Assembly (NCBI GenBank): GCA_037132035.1
Contig: JBAXPY010000003.1
Coordinates: 1 to 32,417 of the forward strand
DNA: 32,417 nucleotides
From: Candidatus Moraniibacteriota bacterium
GTDB taxonomy: Bacteria; Patescibacteriota; Minisyncoccia; Moranbacterales; UBA2206
Reading direction: 5' to 3'
Shown: piece after piece, positions 18,573 to 28,204 of the stretch
How the letters are laid out: each line of letters begins with the position of its first letter
Numbering within the stretch: position 1 is the stretch's first letter
Notes under the pieces: generated by a model
Told to the model about the DNA's origin: nothing
What the model saw: only the letters and a program-made list of their open reading frames with translations
The model's database searches: none
Program-made: the position numbers and the translations under genes

Positions 18573-20216
18573 ATGACTGAAAAAAAGAAACTGACAAATA
18601 AGCAGAGGCTACTAATTACTCTCGGGTTAATTTTCGCTATTGGGTTTTTTTTGCGAACCTATCATTTCAGTGATTGGCTTTTCTTCTGGAGTGATCAGAC
18701 GCGCGATGCTTCTTTGGCGCAAGAGGTGCTTGAAGGAAAAACGGCGTGGCCACTTTTGGGTCCGGTAATGCATCACGCGGATTTTAAGCTGGGGGGAATG
18801 TATAGTTATTGGCAAATAGGAGCGATGAAACTTTTTGGAACCGCGCCTTATGTGGCGGCATATCCGGATTTATTTTTTTCTATATTATCTATCCTGCTTT
18901 TTTTTATTTTCTTTAGAATTTACTTTGAGAATAAAATCGCGCTAATCTTAACCGGCCTATACGCGATTTCTTATTATTCCATTTATTATTCTCGTTTTGC
19001 TTGGAACACGAATTCGTTGCCATTTTTTGTTTTGCTCTATTTTGTGACACTGCACCGGTTTCTTTGCAAGAAAGAAAAAACTGAATGGTATTTGGCGGTT
19101 CTTTTGGGGGTTAGTATTGGAATTGGTATGCAGTTGCACGCCTTGATGTTTGTTCTGGTTTTGGTGATTACTTTTTTTGTTTTTCTTTACGTGATGAAAA
19201 AAGATTGGCGAACTTGGAAAAAGTGGGCGGTTGTCTTGGTGGCGATTTTGATTCTAAATGGTGGTCAAATTTGGAGTGAACTGGGAAGTAATTTTTCCAA
19301 TTCAAAAGCATTCTTCGGTAAACTATCCGATCAGTCGGACACCAAGCTAGTGGATCGCGCCTATGGTATATTAGCTAATATTGATTGTCACATCCAATCA
19401 AACGCGCAAATAGTCACATCAATTGGCGATGACGATCGTTGCCATCTGACGTATATGGATTTTGTGAAAAAAATGAAAAAGGATGATTATCTCAAAAAGC
19501 TGGCGCACGACATTGAAAGGGAGGACTTGTTAGATTTTTCAAAAATCTTGCTGTTTACGCTTTTTTCCTTGTCGGGGTATGTGTTTTTGTTGCATTTTTT
19601 GCGTCAAGAAACTGATCAATCGAGGAAATATTTTTTAATCTTAATTTTTGTTTACAGTGGACTTTATTTTGTGCTGATGATTCCGGTGGGCGGAGTATCG
19701 CTCCCGAGGTATTTCTTGCATGTTTTTTTCGTGCCGTTTCTATTTTTGGGATTTTGGCTCTATTATTTGAATAAAAAGTATCCGCAAAAACAATTGAATT
19801 TAGTTTTTGTTTTTTGCCTTGTCGCTTCAATGAATCTTTTCACAATTTTTCAGGCAGCGCAAAAACTTTCCGTTGGTGCTGGCAGTCGAGTGAGATATCC
19901 GGTTTTGGGAGAAATGGAGCAGATGCTGGATTACATGATTTCCAAAAAGGACTCAACAGAAAACAAGCTTTATGTTTCAGGTAAATCCAGCTACGCCTTT
20001 ACTTTCTTTACCCCGCTACGGTATCTGAGCAAAAGAAGAGGCTTTGATTTGCAAGAAGTGGAAGATTACAGCGCTATTCCAAATGAAAAATCCGTCTTTT
20101 ATTTCAGGGATAGCCCAAAAAAGAATGCCACTAACCCGACATCGGCGCGGGATCGCAAGGTTGAGAGTTTTAGGAATTTTGGGGCGATAGCTGTGTATAA
20201 GCTAAAACTGGATTAA
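18573..20216 (+). CDS. membrane glycosyltransferase, GT-C fold (GT39/ArnT/PMT-like)
   Basis: FLRTY...DQTRD...PLLGP, YSRFAWNTN, QLH, many hydrophobic segments, PRYF. Confidence 0.8.
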   Translation: MTEKKKLTNKQRLLITLGLIFAIGFFLRTYHFSDWLFFWSDQTRDASLAQEVLEGKTAWPLLGPVMHHADFKLGGMYSYWQIGAMKLFGTAPYVAAYPDLFFSILSILLFFIFFRIYFENKIALILTGLYAISYYSIYYSRFAWNTNSLPFFVLLYFVTLHRFLCKKEKTEWYLAVLLGVSIGIGMQLHALMFVLVLVITFFVFLYVMKKDWRTWKKWAVVLVAILILNGGQIWSELGSNFSNSKAFFGKLSDQSDTKLVDRAYGILANIDCHIQSNAQIVTSIGDDDRCHLTYMDFVKKMKKDDYLKKLAHDIEREDLLDFSKILLFTLFSLSGYVFLLHFLRQETDQSRKYFLILIFVYSGLYFVLMIPVGGVSLPRYFLHVFFVPFLFLGFWLYYLNKKYPQKQLNLVFVFCLVASMNLFTIFQAAQKLSVGAGSRVRYPVLGEMEQMLDYMISKKDSTENKLYVSGKSSYAFTFFTPLRYLSKRRGFDLQEVEDYSAIPNEKSVFYFRDSPKKNATNPTSARDRKVESFRNFGAIAVYKLKLD

Positions 20217-20275
20217 ACATCTGGCTTGCGTGTTTAGTTAAAAAATTTAATTCAAATAGGCAAATCCCAAAAGCA

Positions 20276-20986
20276 ATGAGGTCAGTCTTTAAAGAGCTTC
20301 TCTTGGAGCTGGAAAAACTAAAGAATCCCGCAAAGGCAAAAATTTTGGCGGGATTTTTTAAGACGGGTAAAGGCGAATATGGCGAAGGGGATATTTTCTG
20401 GGGAATTGTTGTGCCAAAACAAAGAATTGTTGCACGAAAATATTTTCAAGAAGTTAATTTTGTTGATTTGCAATATTTGCTGAGGCAAAAAGTTCATGAG
20501 CTGCGTTTCATGGCCATCGCCATTTTGGTTATGAAATATCAAAATGGCGATTTGAAGGAAAGGGGGCGGATCGCTAGCTTTTATCTGCGTAATTTAAAAA
20601 GAGTGAATAATTGGGATTTGGTCGATCTTTCTGCCCCACAAATTCTGGGAGATTATTTTTTCGAGAAAGACAAGGCGGCTTTGTATAAATTGATAGGGTC
20701 TGAAAATATTTGGGTGCGGCGCGTTGCAATGCTTTCGACTTTCGGTTTTATTAAAAAAGGTGACTTTGCCGATGCCTTAAAGATAGCTAGGTTCTTGCTC
20801 TTTGATGAGCATGACTTGATTCATAAGGCGGTGGGATGGATGCTTAGAGAGATTGGCAAGCGAGACAGGAAAGTTGAGGTAGCATTTTTGGACAAATTTG
20901 CCCCAAGGATGCCTAGAACCACGCTGCGCTATGCGATAGAAAAGTTTGATCAGAAAGAGCGGGAAAAATATTTAAAGATGTGCTAG
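20276..20986 (+). CDS. DNA alkylation repair (AlkD-like) protein, intact paralog
   Basis: FFKTGKGEYGEGD, NNWDLVDLSAP, HDLIHKAVGWMLREIGKR, MPRTTLRYAIE. Confidence 0.9.
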   Translation: MRSVFKELLLELEKLKNPAKAKILAGFFKTGKGEYGEGDIFWGIVVPKQRIVARKYFQEVNFVDLQYLLRQKVHELRFMAIAILVMKYQNGDLKERGRIASFYLRNLKRVNNWDLVDLSAPQILGDYFFEKDKAALYKLIGSENIWVRRVAMLSTFGFIKKGDFADALKIARFLLFDEHDLIHKAVGWMLREIGKRDRKVEVAFLDKFAPRMPRTTLRYAIEKFDQKEREKYLKMC

Positions 20987-21018
20987 AATGGTACTATAAA
21001 ATATTTTAAAATAAAATT

Positions 21019-23397
21019 ATGGAAACTGGAAATAAATTGGAAGATAATAATATTGTAGTAGTTGAAAAAAAAGATCAAAGGATGAAAATAATTTTGCCAG
21101 TTTTGGCTTTTTTATTTTTTGCACTGTTGATTGCTCAAAACTACTTTTATACTAAAAATGATAGGGGAGCAAAGGAGACCACTCAAATGAACGGTTTAAA
21201 CGCGAAGAATATTTCACTTGCAGAAAAACTGAAAAATGAGTCTAAGATTAAAAAAATGTCCAATTATGGGGAACTTCAGGCATTTGTGGAAAGTAATTCT
21301 TCCAATGAGAGTTTTAGCGGAAGAATGATGTATGATAGTTTTGTAGGAAATGTTGCTATGCCGATGGCGGAAAAAAGCGCGCAGTCTTCACCGAGCACGG
21401 GCTCTGGGGATTATTCCCAAACGAATATTCAGGTGGCTGGTGTAGATGAGGCTGATTTAGTGAAGACCGATGGAGAATATATTTACAGCGTGGCGGATAA
21501 AACTCTTTTTATTACTAAGGCAAATCCAGCCTCTGTGGCAGGCGTGGAGTCAAAAATTGAATTTAAATCTAACCCACAAAGCATTTATCTAAAGGGAAAT
21601 CGTCTTGTGATTTTTGGCGGAAATCAAGATATTGTGACGATGGATTATTATCGTGGTTTTAAGCGTAAATCTCCTTACTCATTTTTTAAGGTTTTTGATA
21701 TTACGGATCGCAAAAATCCAAAGCAGATTCGCGATTTAGATTTTGAAGGAAGCTATCTGAATTCGAGGATGATTGGTGGCTTTGTTTATTTCCTTACCTC
21801 GACTTATGCGCAGTATTATGATGGAGAAATGCCTGTGCCAAGGATACTTGATAGTGGAAAAGAATTATATACTGGTCAGAATTTGGCTAAATGTCCCAAG
21901 TGTCCAGATGTTTATTATTTTGATATGCCATATGAGTCGATAAATATGGTGAATGTGGCTGCTGTGAACATTGATGATGAAAAAAGTGATGTGACAAATC
22001 AAGTTTATCTATTGTCTGGTGAACAAAATTTTTATGCGTCGCAGAATAATTTATATATCACATATACGAAACATTTGAGCGAATACGATCTATTTATGGG
22101 TATGGCGAAAGATTTGCTTTTAACTCGCCTCAGCGTGAAAGATCAAGAAAGGGTTGAGAAAATTGAAGCTGTGGACGGCTCTATTTTAAGTGAGCGGGAG
22201 AAAATGAGCAAAATTAGTGTAGTTGTAGAGCGCTATTTGGCTTCTTTGTCCGATGAGGAAGAAAAGAAGGCGGAAAAAGAACTGTCTGGTGAGATGCAAA
22301 AAAAATATACAGACATTTCTAAAGAATTGGAAAAAACGGTTATCCATAAAATAGCTATAGATAAAAATAAAATTGAATATAAAAATTTCGGCGAAGTAAC
22401 GGGGGCAGTCCTTAATCAGTTTTCGATGGATGAAGACGGTAATGGGAATTTCCGCATAGCGACAACTAAGAGTCAGATCTTTTCTCCGCTTTATTTTTCT
22501 AGTAATTTTGGGGGAGAAGAGATGGCGAAAATTGCTAGCTCGACAAATCTTCCTGAAGGTTCTAGTCAAAATCAATCGTATAGTAATCTTTATGTTTTGG
22601 ATGCTAATTTGCGCGTGATTGGCAGTGTAGAGAATTTGGCAAAAGGAGAGCGTATCTATTCGGCTAGATTTATGCAAAATCGTGCCTATCTTGTGACATA
22701 TAAGCAAACAGATCCTTTATTTGTGATTGATTTGAAGGATGCTAGAAATCCCAGGGTTCTTGGAGAGTTAAAGGTTCCTGGTTTTTCTAGCTATCTCCAT
22801 CCTTATGATGACACGACGCTTATTGGTCTTGGAAAAGAAACAGAAGAAAACGGCGCTGGATCAGTGACGACAAAAGGACTTAAGCTTTCACTATTTGATG
22901 TTAGCGATGTTTCTAGCCCTCGCGAGATTGATAAGTATGAACTTGGCTCGGCTGGTAGCGATTCGTTAGCTCTTTTTGATCATAAGGCCTTTCTTTTCTC
23001 GCGTGAAAAGAATTTATTGGTAATTCCAGTAACACTGATGGATAATTCGATTGGTGTGCCAACTTTGTGGCAGAATTTATTCAATGGCGTCGCGGTTTTT
23101 AGTGTTGATAATAGCGGATTTAAACTGAAAGGAAAAATCAGCCAGAATGGTGGTATTGATTCGAGATCAAGTAATAATTACTATGATAATGGCTTGAAGC
23201 GCTCGCTGTATATTGATAACAATCTCTACACGGTATCTGATCAATATTTGCAAATTAATAAATTGGAAAATCTTGATCTGATTAGGCAAATTCCGCTTAA
23301 GGGAGAGGCTGATTTTCGAGTAACGCCAACCCAGGGCTCCGGTGGGACTCCCGATCTTCCAATTGATTTTTCTATTACCAAGGGGAAGTTGGAATAG
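21019..23397 (+). CDS. membrane-anchored secreted beta-propeller domain protein
   Basis: N-terminal TM; YSQTNIQVAGVDEADLVKTDG, LNQFSMDE, GERIYSARF, DPLFVIDL, GELKVPGFSSYLHP. Confidence 0.88.
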   Translation: METGNKLEDNNIVVVEKKDQRMKIILPVLAFLFFALLIAQNYFYTKNDRGAKETTQMNGLNAKNISLAEKLKNESKIKKMSNYGELQAFVESNSSNESFSGRMMYDSFVGNVAMPMAEKSAQSSPSTGSGDYSQTNIQVAGVDEADLVKTDGEYIYSVADKTLFITKANPASVAGVESKIEFKSNPQSIYLKGNRLVIFGGNQDIVTMDYYRGFKRKSPYSFFKVFDITDRKNPKQIRDLDFEGSYLNSRMIGGFVYFLTSTYAQYYDGEMPVPRILDSGKELYTGQNLAKCPKCPDVYYFDMPYESINMVNVAAVNIDDEKSDVTNQVYLLSGEQNFYASQNNLYITYTKHLSEYDLFMGMAKDLLLTRLSVKDQERVEKIEAVDGSILSEREKMSKISVVVERYLASLSDEEEKKAEKELSGEMQKKYTDISKELEKTVIHKIAIDKNKIEYKNFGEVTGAVLNQFSMDEDGNGNFRIATTKSQIFSPLYFSSNFGGEEMAKIASSTNLPEGSSQNQSYSNLYVLDANLRVIGSVENLAKGERIYSARFMQNRAYLVTYKQTDPLFVIDLKDARNPRVLGELKVPGFSSYLHPYDDTTLIGLGKETEENGAGSVTTKGLKLSLFDVSDVSSPREIDKYELGSAGSDSLALFDHKAFLFSREKNLLVIPVTLMDNSIGVPTLWQNLFNGVAVFSVDNSGFKLKGKISQNGGIDSRSSNNYYDNGLKRSLYIDNNLYTVSDQYLQINKLENLDLIRQIPLKGEADFRVTPTQGSGGTPDLPIDFSITKGKLE

Positions 23398-23495
23398 TGG
23401 GGGCATATTAGATTCTTATACTAAATTGTTTCATCTTTAGATTTTTTGTGTTACAATGATGGTGATACTTAAGCAGTAATATTTTTGTCAAAATC

Positions 23496-24245
23496 ATGAG
23501 TAATAAAGTGTATCTTTCTGTTATTATACCTGCCTATAAGGAGGGGAAAAGAATTGGTGTAAATCTGGAGGAATGTGAAAATTATTTTAAGGATAAATCG
23601 TATAGTTATGAAATCGTTGTTGTGGTTGATGGTTCTCCTGACAATACTGCCGAACTGGCTCGAACTTACCATGGTAGATTTGAAAATTTTAAGGTTATCG
23701 ATAATCCGGAAAATCATGGGAAGGGTTATGTTGTACGACAGGGATTATTGGAGGCGGTAGGTGAATATCGATTATTTTTTGACGCTGATGGCTCAACATC
23801 AATTACTCATCTTGACACATTTCTCCCTGAGTTTGAAAAAGGTTTTGATGTTGTGATGGGTTCTCGCGATATTGATGGAGCTTATGTGCAGATACATCAA
23901 GCCAAATGGAAGGAAATATTTGGTGATACTGGCAATTGGGCGATTAGGATTGTTCTTGGTCTTTGGGGCTATCCAGATACGCAGTGTGGATTTAAAATGT
24001 TGAATGCAAAAGCCGCCCAGGCAGTAGCAAGTCGTATGGTTGTTGATCGATTTGGGTTTGATTTTGAATTAGTTGTACTGGCCAAGAAGCTTGGCTTCAA
24101 AATTAAACAGATGCCAGTGAGATGGCTAAATGAAGCTGGATCAACAGTGAGTCTTACGGGGCCAAATGGTTATTTTCAAGTTCTTTGGGACTTATTTAAA
24201 ACACGAATGCGGCTATGGGGAGGAAAATATAATATAAAAAAATAG
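23496..24245 (+). CDS. GT2 polyprenyl-phosphate glycosyltransferase (dolichyl-phosphate glucosyltransferase-like)
   Basis: SVIIPAY, DGSPD, NHGKG, DADG, DTQCGFK, FGFDFEL. Confidence 0.9.
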   Translation: MSNKVYLSVIIPAYKEGKRIGVNLEECENYFKDKSYSYEIVVVVDGSPDNTAELARTYHGRFENFKVIDNPENHGKGYVVRQGLLEAVGEYRLFFDADGSTSITHLDTFLPEFEKGFDVVMGSRDIDGAYVQIHQAKWKEIFGDTGNWAIRIVLGLWGYPDTQCGFKMLNAKAAQAVASRMVVDRFGFDFELVVLAKKLGFKIKQMPVRWLNEAGSTVSLTGPNGYFQVLWDLFKTRMRLWGGKYNIKK

Positions 24246-24315
24246 AGTCAAATGTTTTGCACATAACACTTTTTTTGGAGTGTTTGAGTGTTAAATATTT
24301 GGCGCTTGTAATAGT

Positions 24316-25335
24316 TTGGAAAAAGAAAAAAATAAAACAAAATCGACTGAATTGAGGCAAGACCTGATAACTGGAGATTGGGTTGTTGTGTCGACTATTC
24401 GCGCAAAACGGCCCGATGAGTTTGCGAAAAAAGAGATAGACAACGATGGTCAGGAGGATGTTTCAAATTGCTTGTTTTGTGATCCGAAGCTTTCCGGCCA
24501 AGAAAAAGATGTGTTGCTTTATGGAACGGGTGATGATGATTGGAGCTTGAGAGTCTTTCCTAATAAGTATCCCGCTTTTTCTCGTCCGACAGGAGGACAG
24601 ATTACGCATAAAGAGGAGGGCCCTTATTTTTGGATGGATAGTGTTGGTTATCACGAGGTGATTGTGACAAGGGATCATGACAAACATATCGGGAGGATGG
24701 AGCAGGTCATGGTGGCGGAAATTTTGGACGCATACCAATCACGCTATATTGACTTGATGAACAAGAAGTCGGTAAATTATATTGATATTTTTCACAATCA
24801 TGGAAAGCGGGCTGGTGCTTCAATTTCACATCCACATTCACAGCTGATGGCAATCCCAATAATCTCTCCTTATGTGAAGTCTGAGTTGGATGGAGCCGAA
24901 CAGTATCACAAGGCAAATAAGCAATGCGTTTATTGTGCAATGTTGGAATGGGAAAGGGAGGTGCAAAAAAGAATTGTTTTTGAAAATGAGGAATTTGTGG
25001 TGTTTTGTCCTTTCGCAGCGCGGTCTAATTTCGAAATGTGGGTGATGCCAAAAAAGCACAAACCCTATTTCGAGAGGATGACTGAGGTGGAAAAAATGGC
25101 AGGAGGAGAGGCTTTGCAAAAAGCGATTGCCAAGCTGGATAAAGCACTGAATAATCCTGATTTTAATTTCTATATCCATACATCACCCTGCGATGGTAAA
25201 GATTACCCACATTATCATTGGCATATCGAAATTTTGCCAAAACTAAACATCTGGGCAGGATTTGAAGTTTCAACAGGAATTGAAATCGTCACGATTAGTC
25301 CAGAAGATGCAGCGGAGTATCTAAAGGAAATTTAG
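24316..25335 (+). CDS. galT: galactose-1-phosphate uridylyltransferase family protein
   Basis: ELRQD...W...RAKRP, CLFC, NKYPA, GASISHPHSQ, HWHIEILP; TTG start. Confidence 0.9.
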   Translation: MEKEKNKTKSTELRQDLITGDWVVVSTIRAKRPDEFAKKEIDNDGQEDVSNCLFCDPKLSGQEKDVLLYGTGDDDWSLRVFPNKYPAFSRPTGGQITHKEEGPYFWMDSVGYHEVIVTRDHDKHIGRMEQVMVAEILDAYQSRYIDLMNKKSVNYIDIFHNHGKRAGASISHPHSQLMAIPIISPYVKSELDGAEQYHKANKQCVYCAMLEWEREVQKRIVFENEEFVVFCPFAARSNFEMWVMPKKHKPYFERMTEVEKMAGGEALQKAIAKLDKALNNPDFNFYIHTSPCDGKDYPHYHWHIEILPKLNIWAGFEVSTGIEIVTISPEDAAEYLKEI

Positions 25336-25343
25336 CTTAATAA

Positions 25344-25991
25344 TTGGAATTTAGCTTTATGGGTTTTATCGATTTTATTTTAAATGTAGATGTTCATTTG
25401 GGAGAAATTATTGCTAACTATGGAAGCTTGACTTATGGCATTTTATTTGCGATTGTTTTTGCGGAAACCGGATTTGTCTTTACCCCATTTTTGCCCGGAG
25501 ATTCGCTTCTTTTTGCGGCGGGAATGTTTTCGGCCACTGGATCATTTAATATTGTGATACTTGCTCCACTCCTTTGGGCAGCAGCTTTTCTTGGGGATAA
25601 TATTAATTATTGGGTTGGATTTTATTTTGGAAAGAAAATTGTTGATAATAAATATATTCCCGTTAATCAAACTCATATTGACCAGACACAAGAATTCTAT
25701 CACAAGCACGGAGGAAAAACCGTTTTTTTGGCGCGATTTATGCCAATTATTCGGACATTTGCTCCGTTTGTGGCGGGAATTGGGAGAATGGAATATCAAA
25801 AATTTCTTTTGTATAGTATTTCCGGAGGTTTCGTTTGGGTTTTCGGTTTTGTTTTGGCAGGGTATTTTTTTGGTAATATCCCGATTATCAGAGATAACTT
25901 TTCTATTGTGATTATGGGAATAATTGCGGTTTCGGTTTTGCCAGCGATATTTAAAATATCAAAAGAATGGTTAAAGAAAAAACAAGTATGA
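25344..25991 (+). CDS. DedA family membrane protein
   Basis: FAETG...FLPGDSLLFAAG, LGDNINY, ARFMPIIRTFAPFVAG; start may be ATG at 25359. Confidence 0.93.
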   Translation: MEFSFMGFIDFILNVDVHLGEIIANYGSLTYGILFAIVFAETGFVFTPFLPGDSLLFAAGMFSATGSFNIVILAPLLWAAAFLGDNINYWVGFYFGKKIVDNKYIPVNQTHIDQTQEFYHKHGGKTVFLARFMPIIRTFAPFVAGIGRMEYQKFLLYSISGGFVWVFGFVLAGYFFGNIPIIRDNFSIVIMGIIAVSVLPAIFKISKEWLKKKQV

Positions 25992-26749
25992 AAAAAATAA
26001 TTGTCGGTAACTTAAAAATGAATATCCTGTCTCAAGCTGAGCGAGAGACGTATCTCGGTGCGTTTAAAAAAGAATTAGCAGGAAAAAAAATAAATAATGC
26101 TGAAATTGTACTTTGTCCGCCGGCAATCCACTTGGAAAGTTTCGGAAAGGTGCTAGGAAAAAAAGTTGCGCTAGGCGGGCAAAACTGTTTTTGGGAAGAA
26201 AAGGGCTCGTATACGGGAGAAATTTCACCAGTAATGCTGAAAAATTTCGGCTCAGAATATGTGATTATCGGTCATAGTGAAAGACGTAAGTATTTTTTTG
26301 AAAATGATCAATCAATCAATCAAAAAGTGCTAGCAAGTCTTAAGAATGGTCTTAGTCCAATAATATGCGTGGGTGAAACGAAGGAAGAGCGGCAATCTGG
26401 CGAGACAATGTATGTAATAACCAGGCAAGTTAAAGAAGCTTTTGCTGGTGTGGCTCCAGGAAAGTTGGAAAAAATAGTCGTAGCCTATGAGCCGATTTGG
26501 TCAGTTGGATCAGATAGTATTCCGACAAGTAATGAGATTATGGAGGCAAAGGTTTTGATTCAAAAAATTCTGTCACGGAATTTTTCTCAAAATATGATTC
26601 AGAAAATGCGCATAATCTATGGCGGATCGGTCAGTGTGAAGACTGTAGCTCAGTCGTGTATTGAAAGTGGAATGGAAGGTGCGCTGATTGGGAGAGAATC
26701 GTTGGCGCCGAGGGAGTTTTTGAAAATAGCTAGGATAATTAATGGATAA
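25988..26749 (+). CDS. tpiA: triosephosphate isomerase
   Basis: GNLKMN, GHSERR, AYEPIW, YGGSV; ATG at 25988 overlaps the dedA stop (ATGA). Confidence 0.93.
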   Translation: MKKIIVGNLKMNILSQAERETYLGAFKKELAGKKINNAEIVLCPPAIHLESFGKVLGKKVALGGQNCFWEEKGSYTGEISPVMLKNFGSEYVIIGHSERRKYFFENDQSINQKVLASLKNGLSPIICVGETKEERQSGETMYVITRQVKEAFAGVAPGKLEKIVVAYEPIWSVGSDSIPTSNEIMEAKVLIQKILSRNFSQNMIQKMRIIYGGSVSVKTVAQSCIESGMEGALIGRESLAPREFLKIARIING

Positions 26750-26760
26750 TAATTTAATTT

Positions 26761-27624
26761 ATGATTACTTCAGTCAAGGAAATTTTGACAAAAGCAAAAG
26801 AAGGTAGTTATGCCGTAGGAGCATTTAACACTGTAAATCTTGAGACGACGCGGGCGATTGTGGCAGCAGCAAAGGAGATGCGTTCTCCTGTGATTATCCA
26901 AGTAACGGAGAAAACGATGGAATATGCTGGAGGAAGAGGGATTTTCCACTTGATAAAAAATGATGCTGAATTTTATGCCGCTGAAATCCCGATTGGGATT
27001 CATCTTGATCATGGGAAAAGTTTGGAAATAATTCAGCGAGCAGTTGCGATTGGATTTACCTCAGTCATGTATGATGGATCTCGAAAGGTCTTTATTGATA
27101 ATTTGGAGATAACAAAAAAAGTAGTCGAGTTTTGCCATGAGAGTGGAGTGGATGTCCAGGGGGAGTTGGGTAGTGTGCCCTATCTCGGTGAGGCTCAGAT
27201 GGGAGATATCGATTGGGATAAGTATATGACCGATCCTGTTCAGGCGAAGGTATTTGTTGAAGAGACTGGAATTGATGCTCTTGCTGTGGCAATTGGAAAT
27301 GCGCATGGGTTTCTCAAGGAAAGAGCCCAACCAGATTTTGACAGGATGGCGATGATTAATAAGAATTGTGCGCTTCCTTTCGTTTTACATGGAGCGTCAG
27401 ATTGGGAGAATGGAAAGGTCGTGGAGGCAATAAAAAATGGCGTTAGCTGTTTCAATGTGGACACTGCTATTCGTATCGCCTTTGTTAATAATCTGATTAA
27501 TTCCGTCAGTGGTCAAGGTGAGCTAGGATTTGATTTGAGAAAGCTTTTAGGTGGGGCTCAGGACGCAGTAAAAGAGACTGTTAAATATAAGATGAAGATA
27601 TTCGGTAGTGATGGCAAGGTTTAA
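26761..27624 (+). CDS. fba: class II fructose-bisphosphate aldolase
   Basis: YAVGAFN, HLDHG, SVMYDGS, GELG, AIGNAHG, LHGAS, NVDT. Confidence 0.94.
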   Translation: MITSVKEILTKAKEGSYAVGAFNTVNLETTRAIVAAAKEMRSPVIIQVTEKTMEYAGGRGIFHLIKNDAEFYAAEIPIGIHLDHGKSLEIIQRAVAIGFTSVMYDGSRKVFIDNLEITKKVVEFCHESGVDVQGELGSVPYLGEAQMGDIDWDKYMTDPVQAKVFVEETGIDALAVAIGNAHGFLKERAQPDFDRMAMINKNCALPFVLHGASDWENGKVVEAIKNGVSCFNVDTAIRIAFVNNLINSVSGQGELGFDLRKLLGGAQDAVKETVKYKMKIFGSDGKV

Positions 27625-27691
27625 TGCCAGTAGGTCGCTCGGTCCAAAAAGTAGATAGAATGTCCCGTGGCAAAAGAAAAATGAGCATAAG

Positions 27692-27727
27692 AAAAACTGG
27701 GGCCTTGCGCTTCAGTTTTTGTTTTTT
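27692..27727 (+). terminator. intrinsic terminator after fba
   Basis: AAAAACTGGGGC-cttgc-GCTTCAGTTTTT followed by GTTTTTT. Confidence 0.65.
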
Positions 27728-27730
27728 ACG

Positions 27731-27739
27731 TGATATAAT
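27731..27739 (+). promoter_or_regulatory. extended -10 promoter, leaderless start of the redox operon
   Basis: TGaTATAAT with 6 nt to ATG 27746. Confidence 0.6.
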
Positions 27740-27745
27740 CAATGC

Positions 27746-28198
27746 ATGCAAAACAATGTGACAGTAGAAAAAATATTAGTTTCATATGATCCGGAAGTGC
27801 AAAATTTATTGCCAGTGCTAAAAAAAATTAGTGCTGTTTTTGGGTTCATTGCCAGCAATGATGCAGAAATTGTTGCGGAGTATTTTGGGCTGTCGCTAGC
27901 GAAAATTTGCGAAGTCGCCAGTTTTTATGATTTGATTAAAACTAAAAAACCAGCTAATTTGGAAATTAAGGTTTGCTCTAGCGGGGATTGCGTTTTAGGT
28001 TCCTCGGCTGAAATTATCCAAGAAATTGAAAATTATTTTCGAATCAAGGCTGGTGATGAATTTAATCCAAAAGTACGTTTGGAAAAAATCAGCTGTCTTG
28101 GTCGTTGTGGAGAAGGACCGGTCGTTGTGATAAATGGGAAGGTTTATGAAAAAGTGACGGAGAGTTCTATTCATAAGATTTTAACAGAGTGGGCTTAG
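27746..28198 (+). CDS. NuoE/HydC/HoxE-like [2Fe-2S] thioredoxin-fold subunit
   Basis: EVASFY, VCSSGDC...SCLGRCGEGPVVVING. Confidence 0.9.
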   Translation: MQNNVTVEKILVSYDPEVQNLLPVLKKISAVFGFIASNDAEIVAEYFGLSLAKICEVASFYDLIKTKKPANLEIKVCSSGDCVLGSSAEIIQEIENYFRIKAGDEFNPKVRLEKISCLGRCGEGPVVVINGKVYEKVTESSIHKILTEWA

Positions 28199-28204
28199 GA
28201 GTAT

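Noticed and set aside
26307-26325. (ATCA)n microsatellite in tpiA
   Set aside because: About four units, in frame and encoding ordinary residues (DQSINQ)
27625-27690. Possible riboswitch or small RNA after fba (TGCCA/TGGCA stem, GCTC/GAGC)
   Set aside because: Pairings are short, match no motif I recognise, and the predicted downstream promoter lies after it
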